Below, in pieces: positions 28,831 through 41,829 of a stretch of 64,000 nt of DNA. Position 1 is the stretch's first letter. Each line of letters opens with the position of its first letter. The translations under genes were made by a program, and so were the position numbers. This DNA comes from Ptychomitrium polyphyllum (taxonomy: Eukaryota), in NCBI GenBank assembly GCA_973851085.1, contig OZ316775.1:5704001-5768000 (forward strand), given 5' to 3'. Under the pieces are notes generated by a model. That model did not search any database. It saw nothing but the letters and a program-made list of their open reading frames with translations, and was not told where the DNA came from.

Positions 28831-29399
28831 TTTCATTTGATAATCAATTGTATGCTAGAAGAAGACAATCTTATCTTTCTTTAGCTTTGAATTGTATTAA
28901 GTGGCTCTTATTATCCATCATCTAAAAAATAACATATTTGCACATCTTCATTATATTAGAAATATCCATTTAATACTGGAATCCTTTATAATTAGTGTTA
29001 TATACTTTTTTAAAACCTTGTATATTATTCTACCTAATTTAACAAATTTATATGAGATTCTTTTGACCTAATATTGGTTTTAACCTACTAATAAATTCTT
29101 GTATTTATTTGGTCATTTTTCTTTTGACTTCTATCATCTATTGTATATTTTCACAAGTTGCAAGAGTAATATTTTGCTTTCATGAGGTAACATTTCAAAG
29201 TCATGATATTTATTCCATTAAATGAATGTGTAATGAAATTAACAAGAATATAAAGAAATCAAACTAAAAATTTGAAATCAAAGATATGGTTTTATAGAAT
29301 GAGTTGCAAATTTGTATATCATATTATCATATTTGTTAATATACTTGTTCACAATACTATTTAACAATATTTAATTTTGCAAGTTTTTTTTTTTTTACT

Positions 29400-29453
29400 A
29401 TAGATTACTTGTGTATTTAGATTACTTGTGCATTTAGATTACTTGTGTATTTG
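29400..29453. repeat. Short tandem repeat, 3 x TAGATTACTTGTGTATT-like unit
   Basis: Directly visible. Confidence 0.75.
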
Positions 29454-30018
29454 ATTTGTTTTCTCATATAATATGTACAAACGCATACTTGTCAAGCAAT
29501 AACTCATTTTTTTAGATTCCTTTTGTAATTAATCTTCTTCACTTTCTATGTAGTCATTAAAACTTTATCCAAAATTTGTTCAATCAAATAGGTTCTTTTT
29601 GGATTCTTCCAAAATAAATGGATTGTCAATTCATTTTACAAATTATTGTAATAATAAGTTGAAGAAGTCTTCTATTCTACATAAAGGTTGTGCTATGGCA
29701 TTTTCAAATTCTAAGGTTGATAATTTTCCTTGTACTAAGTTGATTGCCAGATTTTTTAAGAATTGTGACAATATTTCCACATTAAGCAATAGCCTTAATC
29801 ATATTGTCATTATTTCTTGAATTTCTTTTTTTATAACAAAGGTTGTATTTATTGTGCTTCTCATTCCTTCTCTAAATATTTTTTATTTTTTGAATAAATT
29901 ATCATTTTTATGCAATTTTCTTCCCTTTAATGTCATCCTATTAACTCCTAAGTTTGAAAGCATTTCAATCCATTATTGTGATTATATTAGTCTCATCACT
30001 AATATATTTTTAGGTACT

Positions 30019-30330
30019 TGTTAGGAATACAAGAAATAAGAATCTAAACAAGAAATGGTTTCAAAAATTAGCCTTAAAAAAACTATTAAATAATAAGAAT
30101 TAGAAACAAGGCAATATAATGTATTTCATCTTATCTCTAATTTATATCATAAAGTCTATGTTTTTTAAATTACTTCTAAAAAAACTTCTTATAAAGCTAT
30201 AAATGTTTTGGACGTAAATGAAACCTCTTGAAGAAGTTTCCAAAAGAAGTAGTAACTATTAAAAGCTATTAGAAAGTTTGTAGATGTTATTAGAAGCTAC
30301 TAAAAGGTTCTTTAAAACTATATTGTAACA
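30019..30330 (-). mobile_element. Highly degenerate LTR relic, same family as 1030-1507
   Basis: Begins TGTTAGGAATACAAGAAATAAG, continues with AT-drifted versions of the LTR motifs, ends ...TGTAACA. No TSD detectable. Confidence 0.7.
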
Positions 30331-31780
30331 AATCAACTCTCCTTCTTAGTGCTCACTTTTTGTTGATTAATTATTTATTATTTACTAACTCTATTATTAT
30401 TTTTCCATTGTTGTTCATTGTACAACTTCTCTAAAGACAATTGATGCTTGAATATTCTTTTATTTCATTTTGTGTGCATATAAACCATTTAAATTAATAT
30501 GCTAAGCTAAATTTTATTTTATTAAGCAATTTAAAAGATATTATGGCTTTATTTATAATATTCTATATGTTGGTCCATTAATTTTTAGAGCCATTATATA
30601 AATGATAGCAATATTAATTTTGATTTATTATTGGTATCCAATCTCTCCTAACATGATGTTATATAGTAGTTTAAAAAGAAATTGCTAAATTAAATTCATA
30701 CTTTTATTATTACTTATTATTTATTTTTTATCCTTCAAGGTATAAATTAGTTGCTTCAATTGTTAAAAAATATTATAATAAGTATTCATAAGGTAGTATA
30801 TAGGTTATACAAAATGATTCATTAATTTCTAGCCACTTGTTTTTTGCCACACTAATAAGATACTAGCTACTCTTTTGCAGTAGATATATACTTGGAAATG
30901 CAAATTTAAATGAATGTTACCAAAAACAAAGTATTTATAAAATAGAAATATTTAAGATAATTGATCTAATAGATTAATTTGCAAAATCATGATTCAATAG
31001 ATAATAATGAATAATATAAGGATGACAATGAAAACATATTAAGTGAAGACAATACAAAAAAAAATTAATTTAATGATATTAATAAAATTATATAATATAA
31101 AGGTGGATGAAAAAAAATATTGCTAGGTAAATGATGGAATCTTAGTGGAGAGAAAACAACATTGTGAGGAAAATAATAGAATTTAGATGGTTTGAAAAAA
31201 CATATTGCAAATTAATCACTTAAAGAATTCATTGGAATTGGATTGTATAAAAAAATCTATGGAAATTAAATGAATAAGACTTGACAAAGTTGTAAAATTA
31301 ATAAAGACCATAAACTTTGATCTTTTGAATGCTTTCTAGGAAGCTTTAAACTATTAATATTTGGAAAATGAGAAAAGGTTGCAGTTTAGCCTTAAGACCA
31401 CAAAACTTTTTATTTTAAAGTGCCACATTTCAATGAAGAACATAACAAAAAAAACTTCAATATAAAAATATTTATTTTATTAAAAGTGATTAGTCAAAAA
31501 AATTGTTCATGCAAGAATGATACAGTTTGAATCTACTTTTATTTTGATTTCTCATATTTACAATTACTTTATAATAAAAAATGTTTGATTTTCTGTTGAT
31601 AATCATTTTGTAAATTATTTTTTATTTATTCTATATTCTTACTTATCTTATATGAAACTCTACTTGTATATGCATCCAATCATCATATAAAGATGTTTGC
31701 TCCTACTTCTTTTTCTAAAAAGAATCATTAATATTATTTTTATTAAACTTGGATGATAATAACATAAAAAATTAATCAAA

Positions 31781-31880
31781 NNNNNNNNNNNNNNNNNNNN
31801 NNNNNNNNNNNNNNNNNNNNNNNNNNNNNNNNNNNNNNNNNNNNNNNNNNNNNNNNNNNNNNNNNNNNNNNNNNNNNNNN
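31781..31880. other. Assembly gap (100 N) next to an (AT)n tract
   Basis: 100 Ns followed by ATATAT... to ~31907. Confidence 0.99.
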
Positions 31881-31912
<32 letters not shown>

Positions 31913-34900
31913 TTTATTTTTTTTAATTTTTATTTTTTTAAATTTTTTTTTGAAAACAAGATTCATCAACCTTTAGAGTTAATACTAAGGTATTTTTTAT
32001 CTTTCATAAAAATTAATTTCATTAAAATTACTAAACATTATATATAGAGAAATAATTTAATTTGATTTGATTTTGAAATCTTAATGTCTTGCTTTTCAAA
32101 AATAAAACTTATCCGTATATGCTTTTGATTTTTTGAAATTCAAACTACTTCAAGCAAAAAGCGCATATTTTAACTTATTTTTGATAAAGATGATTTCTTT
32201 TAAAAATAAAACTCTTTATGATCCATTTGCACAAAGAGAAAGAAATTAAAAAGTGATAATTAATTCTACAATATGGAACATTTATATTAAGAACTGCTTT
32301 ATTTTCTTAATTTATGGAATTTGAAGGAATTAGATGAAATGATTAATTTGTTTTTATAAATAAAATATCTTCAAATACTTTATACTCAATTCCTAATTTA
32401 CATCTATCAAATTGAAAGTTTCAAATTTTCCATATAACATTCATCCATACTTCTGTTATGCTTCAAATACAACATGCCATAATTTTATCCATAGTGCAAC
32501 TGATGCACATTATGAAGTCAAGTTACCTTAGATTAGGTTACACCCTTGCTAATTTATTTACCTTTGTCCAAATGCAAATGAAGAAATATAAGAATTTAAT
32601 TATTATACTTTTATGTACCATTTTAATCCAAGAAATTAGATATTCTTCATACTTCAAATTTGAATGATTTTAAATTGAAACAAGTAACTATATAATAAAC
32701 ATCCAATTCAATATTCTTTGTTATGGAAAAAATTGGAACATTCAATAATGCTAATAAAATCTTATAATGTGTATTCAAAAAAATGCATGTTATAAACTTC
32801 AGTTATGATTTTGAAGGTATTTATTGCTTATTTTTAGTATGTATTTTATGTATACACATTACTTTGCTTTGAATAAATTTGTTTCTTATGGCATAATTAA
32901 AATTAAATAGTAATGATTGTTTTTAATAGAATGTTGATTTGCATTGTGTTCTTAAAGATTTCTTATCAAATTTTCTAAAGTATAAGTAATGTGGTTTAAG
33001 AATATTATACCTCATAGATATTATGATAATATATAACATTCATGAATCTTATATAGAGGAAATTTAGTAGGAGTTGTCAATTGTCATGTACATTGTTTGC
33101 ACAAAAATTATATCAAACTTATGATGAAAATCATAGATATTTTCCAGTTGGCACTGAAAACACATCAGAACTTATTTAAAGTAAAACAAATTTAATTCAT
33201 TTCAATTCCAAGTTGTGAGACATACAACAAGTATAATTCATTCATCTTAAAATAATTCTTGAATAACCAGAATTTATTTTAACACTGGACGAGCATGTAT
33301 TTGAGGGCCTATGCAACGTGAAACTGTGTGGGAATTGTTGTGATGGATGCCTGTAACAAGAATGAAAATCTTCTGTAAAAACCTTTCTTTACTGGTAGTA
33401 CTTGTAAGTTACTGAACTAGGGTGTCTTCAAAATTACCAAACGTGCTCCCTCTAAGCAACAAGGACATGGCAAGTTATCATGGTAAGGGCTGAGATAATT
33501 TGGAAGTCAATGAGGTACCCTTTCCAGATTCTCACTGCCCAAGTTGCCTACTATATAGTATGTAATTCACAATGGCACCTGTATCCATTCCTTGAAAAAT
33601 TTGACATACGAATGTAGTATTCAAAGGTACTTTATAACCTTAAAAGTATGGTTACAAAGGTCCCTGTAACCATACTCTTTCTGCCAATGAAAACACATAA
33701 GTCATCCATCACAACTCTTGCTCTGCACTGACTTAATCATTTCCATATCATACTGATCACTAACTCCATTCAATACCACTCAAAGATTCCAACTTATAAT
33801 AACAGATAATATTTTATCAACAAGCCAGGATTCATAGCAAGGAAATAAGTTGAATCCCAATCAAACAACCCAGAAGCATGTTCCAATGCCTCATAATGTG
33901 AGCATGGCCCTTTCTGCACTCCTTTCAAATTAGCACCATTTTTAAATGCGAAAAGGTAACCATTGCTTTAACAGTCTCTATTTTAAAAATTACCACTAAA
34001 TAAGGTCATGGCTGTATTTTCAATCACGTGCATTCACTGTGTCATCATATACTTGTTTTTACCAGACAAACAGAATGCCAAGCTTGCAATTGGACACCTG
34101 TTTCTGGTCACTCAACTGATCAATTACATAATTGTCACAACCATACCATCACCAAAGCTACCACAATATTGGGCCATGCTCTTGCTGCAGCCACGTATAC
34201 CTCTGGCTCTTGGACTTCTACTTCGTTTGCAATCAAATGAATCTACAGTCAGAAAAGGAAAAGTGAAAACCTCCACTACAGTTGACAAATGCACCCCAAG
34301 GTTCCCACTGGTCCCCAATCTTAAGAAACAAGATGGGTTTCACCAAGCGACACAACGAGCTACAGTTCTGTAATCACAAAACTGAAAGCCCAAAGTAATA
34401 CCTCCCCCAGGGCCCAGACGCGAGAGACGTTGACTGGCAGGACTAATTGGATCCAAGCCATGAAGTGCCAGGAGTGGGGCCTCAGCGAAGCCACAAGGCA
34501 AGCGAACGTAGGAAACACAGAAGCTAAAGCCCCGCCAAGGGATGCGGTGGTTGGTGGAACAAGCCACTATCATTCCATCGCAGCCTAAAGGGCCAATTTT
34601 CCCAAATACTAATGCGGCATCATTCCCTTCCACAAAGCATATCCTTGCCGCTGTTGCTTCAACCAGCCCGGCGCCACCAGAGTCTAGACAAGGTCCGCCC
34701 AAACAGCTTTCCACCACAACCTATGTACAGACTCCAACTTCGATCAGACAATCGAGGTTGGTTTTTCCCTGTGAATCCAGATTGAGATGAATGAGATACT
34801 AACTTGCTAGATTGTAGTAGTGAGTGGTACCATTAACTTAGTGTCCGTGAAGTGGCCATCAACTCACACGAACTCAGACCGTGCAACCAGCTGCTGCAGC

Positions 34901-35566
34901 CCATGTGCCCTTAGTGCACGGGAAAAGGATCTCGATCTTAGAGTTCGCCCTGAAAGTCGTTCTCTACCCACCCTCTTCTCTCCGCCCACCTCACGAGCTC
35001 ATCTCTCATGCAATCACTTGCATGAATCATTCGAGTCACTAATAGGAATTTTCCGGGAATGGTATGAAGAAAAAGAACTTCTTTCTAAGCGAGGACTCAA
35101 CCGAAGGTGGTGGTTTTAGTGAGTTCTGTGGTTGGTTTTCTGCGAGGGTGATGAGGATCCAGAGACGCAGATGTGGACAGGGTTGCTGCTAGTTTGTAGA
35201 AGTGGTGGTTTTCGGGAGAGGAGATGAGTACGGGAACGAACGATGTCGCCTTGTTTTCCTCCATTGAGGGTCGTACTGGTTGCAGGACTATGTGATTCAT
35301 CGTTGCAGCGGTGAGATTTGCTGAGATCAGGGTAAGCAGGGTTGGTGGGAAACGAACCGAGTGTATGGACCGGCGGTTTGGGGTGATCAAGGGGGAGGAG
35401 GTTGGATTGAAGCCGCCGCGGAAGGAGTATGTAGATCGATTGACTAGGTGGATGTCTTTCTTGTATAGTTCTGTAAATGACTAGATTAACTGTAGACACA
35501 ATTAGCTTGATCGCAATCCGGACAGGACTGCCCCCAACACTTTCTATAGCAGTGTAAAAGGGAGGG

Positions 35567-38500
35567 ATGATAAGTGCAGACAGAGTCTTTCAGACGGCGG
35601 CATTTGCAGCGGGGGAGGTGTCTCCCATCCTGCGGCCCAGTTGCCCCTTGCAAGATTTCCAAGGTCTCGCCACAGACAGCCCAGCTGGAATTCTCTTTGA
35701 CACCAGTACCGCTTCTGTTGCAAGCCGGAAGTTGTCGTTCTCCCCGAGTTACCTACCTCTTATGCGGAGTGCGTGTGGGCCGGGGACCATGATGAGAGTG
35801 GTAGCTGGGAGTGCTTTCGAGACGCGCCTTGGCTCGCAGGCAAGATTGGCGCAAATTGAAGGAACTGAAAATGGGGATTCGGAAGTTACTGAAGAAGCAT
35901 GCGCCAATCCGGTGCTGGTTGTCGTGGACGCTAACAAAGAAATCACCACCCACGCGCTGGATTGGGCGCTGAGTTACGTTGTTCAGAAAGGGGATTTTGT
36001 TAAATTACTCGGAGTTCTACACCACATTCTCAATCCAAGTGAGTTCTTCGCTTGGATTTGTGGTTGCGGTTTGGTTTTGGTTATGGTTTGATTTTTTCAG
36101 ATGTTGTGTTCTGGTCTGACATTAAGGGGCGATTTTTTGCAGTGGGATACAAATCTCGAGCTGATGAGAAGAGCTGGAACGGAGCGAATCGCAAAATTTT
36201 GGAGACCGAAATTGCGTCGCACTTGTTGATGTTTGAGAGAATTCCGAACGTTTACGGGAGAGTTGAGAAATTAGGAGTAAGCGGCATTAATTCACTCTCT
36301 CCTCTCATCTATGATTTGATAGTGGATCAAGCATCGAAGATTGCACATAGGTGAAATCCTGCTATTGACGTCCAGCTTGACCCATGACACCTGGCTTTCA
36401 CTAAGAAATTCTCTGTTTGAATTCAATCTCTTTTGTGTGCTTCGCAGGCCAAATTAGAGATTGAGGTGCGAGCGAATATAAACTCCAAGTTTCTCGTCGT
36501 GGACGAAGCCAAACGACTCAATGCTCGATATGTGGTGATTGACAGGTATTTACTCCTTGATCTCCCGTGTATCCCTATCCAACTATAGTTTTATAATCTG
36601 TATGGCAGCAACTGATTTTGTGGTGATAATGTTCGTGGAACAGGCACATCAAGAAGGACAAGAAATTCTACATCGAGAACCTCACCTGCTTCGTGACACG
36701 CGTGAAGACCGTCACGAACTTCGAGCATCTACGTCATGGTGTTCCCGAGGCTGATCAGGAGGAGCTGCACGCAACGCAATTGGGCAACGTCCTGCAACCT
36801 GCGGTGCCCACGACTGCACCAACCCAACCACCGCCACTACAGGAATCTGTGTCTGTGACTCCAACAATGTCGCAACCGCGGCTCTTCCCTCATTATCAAA
36901 TGGGATCGCCGTCTCCCTACACCCCTTACAATGACAGCCTGACATCCGCAAGCGCTTTGCCGCCTGGATACTTCTACGGAATGGCGAATGCTTACGAGAT
37001 GGGTCTCATGACGAGGGCTTTTGAAACGCAAGCAGGTGGCACCATGGAGAACAACATGCAGGACATGGCCGTTCGAAGATGGCTGTCCGAACCAAGCCAA
37101 CTATCTGATCCAGTCAACTGTCGAATGTCAGAGCTCGGTGAGAATGAAATCCTCTAATTCCGCTGTTGGCATTCTTTCGGCTATCTGTCCACAGAAGGTT
37201 TGGGTGTGTAGTCTTGAGTGGTGTTCTGCTGAATATCAAGTTTATACCTACAGGGTGATGGTGGCGTGCGCCCTCCTTCCACCTTCCTCTTTTCTGGCTG
37301 CAAAAGCAAGGTAGCCTTTGCAAAGTGCCTGAACCAAGTGTGTGAGGGCAGCTACAGTTGTTTCATTTTTCAGTGACCAGAATAGGGGAACTACAAAGGG
37401 CAGTGAAGGTGGTTTGTTGCAAATGGAAGGAATGGTTGTCAGTCTTGGGACGAGCGGATGTCGTGAGATGTGTGGAGGTCGATGGTTCAGGTTTAGAGAA
37501 GTTGATGATTCGATCGGTGTGGCAAGAAACTGGATAGGAAATGCAGTAGATTGGTGTTGGGTGTGAGCTCACACTCTGTTACAATGGATCACTTTGATGG
37601 ATGTGAGATGGTCCGATAGAGTGATGATGCTGCTTGGAATTTTTTCCAGGTTTGTTTGTGAGGCTTAATTTGAAGGAGGCTGGCGTTTTTTGAGTGGTTT
37701 TTAAAGGTGGAGTTTAGATTGAGTCAGAGCCTTTGCTTTGTTGTGAATCGTGAGGTCTAATGGATTGGTTGTTCGTCTCTGCAGGTCGCACAGCAATCGG
37801 GTACCCAGGCGACTCGTTCATGCACCGTACTCCTCAACCGCCGACTCCATTGACGGAGGAAGATTTTGCTGGATACATGTCGAGTCTCTGGATTAATCAA
37901 GGGGTGAGCAGCACATTGAGCAGCACACTGCCGCCAATGGCAGAGCGCAAGCCAAGTACAGATCGCCACTCATTCCCTTTATCGAGAGAATCTAGACATA
38001 TGTCGAAGACCACACGGCATACAAGTGATTATCCTACTTCTACATCAGGATACTCAAGCGCTGTAGCGGAGCTTCGATCCATCACTGCAGACAAGCCGAC
38101 TCGCGGGGGGCCGACACCCATTTCTGTACAACCCAGGCGAGCAGCAGATGCGAGCTGGGCGCTGGATTTGCTTGGAGTTGGCAATCCAGAGGTCCAGGCT
38201 TTGGCAATGCCGAGAGAGATCATACCTGTGGGGCGAAAGGAGGAAATGGAACCGCACTCGGTGCCGCCTACTCGATCTTCCAGCGTTCGAAGGGCTGTCT
38301 CCAGCAAGAAACAGAGTCCAGGAGCACCCCCCTTGTGTTCTTTCTGTGGGCAACAGTCGCCGGATTTTGGCAAAGTGAAGAGGTTCACGTTTAAAGAGCT
38401 GCAAGACGCAACTAGCAACTTCAGTGGAGAGCATTATCTAGCCCAAGGTGGGTATGGCTCGGTGTATAAAGGGAAGCTAAAGGAAGGCCAACTGGTGGCT

Positions 38501-40011
38501 GTGAAGCAGCATAAGCTGGCAAGCTCGCAGACTGATGAGGAGTTTGCCGCAGAGATTGAAGCTCTGGCCTGCGCACAACACAGAAATCTCGTCACGCTCA
38601 TTGGCTACTGCGTGGAGAACAAGCTCCGATTGCTTGTATACGAGTACATCTGCAATGGCTCCCTTGACACACATCTTTCAGCGAAGAGCAAGATGGACCT
38701 GCAGTGGAAGATCAGGGTGAAGATAGCGCTGGGAGCTGCAAGAGCATTGCGGTACTTGCATGAAGAGTGCCGTGTGGGATGCATCATCCATCGCGACATG
38801 CGCCCCAACAACATCCTCCTCACGCACGACTTCACTCCAATGGTAAACCCTACCCTTAAACCTTACAACCATTGCTAGAAGTATGGCTTGTATTCATCTT
38901 GAAGAATGCATGGTACTGCTGATGCTGATGAGCAGTGTAATTTGGTGATCAGGTTGGAGATTTTGGTCTTGCAAGACGGCAACCGAGCGGAGACGAAGCA
39001 GAGGAAACTCGTGTGCTGGGCACAATTGGCTACTTAGCACCAGAGTATGCCGAGACTGGGAAAATAACTGACAAGGCGGATGTGTACGCATTTGGTGTTG
39101 TGTTGCTGGAGCTCATCACAGGTCACAAAGTAATCGATTACACGCAGCCAAGAGAACAAGTCCATCTCACGGAATGGGTAAGTGGAAGAAAGTCAATTCA
39201 CACCATCAATCATCTCTTCACTTTAAGCCTCCTCTTCGTATAAATTCTCAACACTGACCAACATTGTCTCAATTGCAGGCCCGCCCTTTGCTGGAGACCT
39301 ACGACAGACAACTTGTGGACCCTCGCCTCAAAGCTAATTATGACGAATATGAAATGACTTGCATGATGCACGCAGCAAGCCAATGCATCAAAAAAGACCC
39401 CTCAATGCGTCCTCGTATGGTCCAGGTTGGTCAGAATTCCTTGCACATTGTCTGCAATTGCAACAATGCTAGTTAATTGCACTAGTGGTGCTTAAGCCAA
39501 AGCAGTTTGCAGTTTCTGACAGCATGAAATTCCTAATGCCTTTCTCTACAATGGCAACATCTGGATTCTGGTTTCAGAGGTAGGCTTTCAGACCTAGAGT
39601 TCTGTCACTAACCTCAAAATTCATCATTGTTTTCAGGTGCTGCGCATCCTGAGCCCACCCGAAGCCAGCGACTGGACCTACGGCAAATGCAAGAACGCGT
39701 CCCTGATGGTGGCAAGTGACGGCGAGAAAGAGCTGTCCTCAGGCCAAGCGTCCTCCAAGGGCGGCAGCTGCTCCCAGTCCGACGCCTCCTACTCCGACGT
39801 CAGCGACACCGACTCCCTTCCGCGGCAACCCCGATCGTCCCAATCCAAATTTTCCCGAGCGAAATTCGGCAGCAAATCGCTATGGAGGTCTTTCACCCGG
39901 GAGAAGCTCCTCCGTGACGACTCCACCCGCCTGTCGATTGATTCCACTCGCGACATTGCTGCCGTAAACCGTATGTCCGTCGACGACATGAGCTATAACA
40001 GCATGTTTTAG
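35567..40011 (+). CDS. Receptor-like cytoplasmic kinase with N-terminal USP-like (adenine nucleotide alpha hydrolase-like) domain, ~1000 aa
   Basis: Exons 35567-36038, 36143-36276, 36448-36545, 36644-37137, 37785-38842, 38953-39177, 39279-39425, 39637-40011 (3003 nt, phases consistent). Motifs: [28 protein letters not shown] (USP-like), [71 protein letters not shown]. The start codon is uncertain. Confidence 0.93.
37160..37715 (+). repeat. Intronic repeat, copy 1 (kinase intron 4)
   Basis: Colinear with 42376-42905. Shared blocks include TGGCTGCAAAAGCAAG, GCCCTCCTTC, ATGGTTCAGGT and TGAGATGGTC. Confidence 0.88.
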
Positions 40012-41463
40012 ATACCCTGAAAACTTCCATTTCAGGTTGCCAAGAGAAGCATATTCTAGATCCCAAGCTTTGTAGAGGTAAGTTAGAGAATAACCAATCA
40101 ATCATGTAAGATCGTTCGAGAGCTTGCAATGACGAATGGCTTTGAGCAAATCTTTCCAGCGGCGGAAGAAGATGAGACGGGAGACCTTGGTGTGAATTTT
40201 TTTGACACAGGAAGATTTTGTGCAGGAAATGGGAGATTATAGAGACATGATTGAAGAGAAGAGCCGAGGCTCATTTTACTAATGTATGTACGTAATTTAG
40301 ATCAGACGATGATGCTGCAGAGGTAGGTGTAACGTAGATGTAGAGGCTTATGTGAAGAAGGAATATTTGTATATAATGGTCCGAGGCGGACCTGATCTGA
40401 GTTTGTGGTGGTTGAGGTTGTTCACAGTATTCTTTTGACAAGCATCTGGTTGGTTTGTTTGAGCCCATTCTATGCTGGGAGACGGATTTGTGTCATGGTG
40501 ATTTGACTGTGAGCTGGGTGTTTTAATTCATTGTTTCTGCGTCTTTTAGATGTTTGCTAATCGTTCTTCGAATTCATTTGTAGCTTCAATGAGTTGGTAC
40601 TGTATCTTAAATTTCTCTTGCTGCTGCTCCCACAAACTACAGGCTTTGCTGAAGGGCTTGTCTTAAGTTGCGTGATTATGTCTGAAAGTTTAAAATTTCT
40701 CCAAGTTTAGTGAACCATCATTTCAGCTCAATCCCGACTTTGAATTTGCAGTATCAACACCATACTTGATCTTGAGGACTTAACTCTTCCTTTTGTCAAG
40801 AAAGATTCCAGAAGCACTTCAGGGTTCTTCAAATTTCCCTCTTCGAATCATCACACTGACAGTTTAAGAAGCTCTTGGGCTCGAAATGTTCATTTCATGG
40901 AGCAACTACAGTTTCAAGCTCAATTTTCCACCCAAGCAGGCATCATTGTCTTCATTTTGCGGTAACTTGGATCTTGTGGTCCATGGCTTTTGATACCCTG
41001 CAACAACGTATAGATGTGCTAAGTGCTCATCTTTTGACTCACAGCAGTTCGTCACATTGATACTATAATTAATCCATTTTCAGCTCAAGCAAGTTGCAAC
41101 GCATACCCAAAAACCGTCACTGTACCTAAAACCTAGAGCAATCTTACGACGAACATTGTCAACGCAGGGTTTAGATTTCAAAATGAGAAAATTATAAGAT
41201 GGGTAGATCGTGATGGTTTCAGGTTTAGCTCTTTGGATGAGAAGCATCCCAGAGTGGTCATTGAGACCTGATGCCTACGTTCTGAAGGATGATATTCTGT
41301 TAGCGAATGCGCTTCAGGATGTGCGAGGATTCTCGTTTTTGTGCCTTCTCGAAGCCTACAAGGGTTTCCATACTTCGAATTTATCATTGCAACCTTGTGA
41401 GTCTCGCCGCTGCTCTCCAACCTCGGTAGAATCCTCCCTGCATTCGCCTGGATCAACCCCAAG

Positions 41464-41827
41464 GTATGTCGCTAGTCTCTTGCCATCATCAAACTAATGG
41501 GGCAAAGATTTCTCTAAGAAGTGGGGTCTAACTAATTCAACGTCTAGGCAAACTTAGGGTGAGAAGGTGTCCGAAATTGTGTGCTAGATTGGATGTTCTT
41601 GGGGTTTTCTTTGCGGGATTCCTGTGAGTACTGTCAATTGTGATGTCTAGATTGATGCGAGAGGGCTAGCGGCTTGTTTAGGATAAGTGCATGTGTGATG
41701 TCTTTGTGTGGGTTTCTAGAAGATTCTCTGTTTAGGGTTCGAAGCCCTTTGGAGGGAGCGTGATCGGATGGCGTTGGTGACAGAGGTTTTGATTGGAGTG
41801 GTGGTTCTGTTGTTGTTGGTGTTGCAG
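41464..41827 (+). other. 5'-UTR intron of QCR8
   Basis: Donor AAG|GTATGT and acceptor TTGCAG|CCATG, 2 nt before the start codon. Confidence 0.7.
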
Positions 41828-41829
41828 CC

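Noticed and set aside
29460..30000. Possible gag-like decayed frame beside the 30019 LTR relic
   Set aside because: No PBS and only vague similarity; left unassigned.
31772..31969. ORF spanning Ns
   Set aside because: Artefact of the assembly gap and AT repeat.
32300..32620. Possible LINE C-terminal (W..IW) remnant on the - strand
   Set aside because: Too degenerate to support.
34008..35500. ORFs of 97-127 aa upstream of the kinase
   Set aside because: No domain signal; more likely promoter, 5'-UTR or intron sequence.
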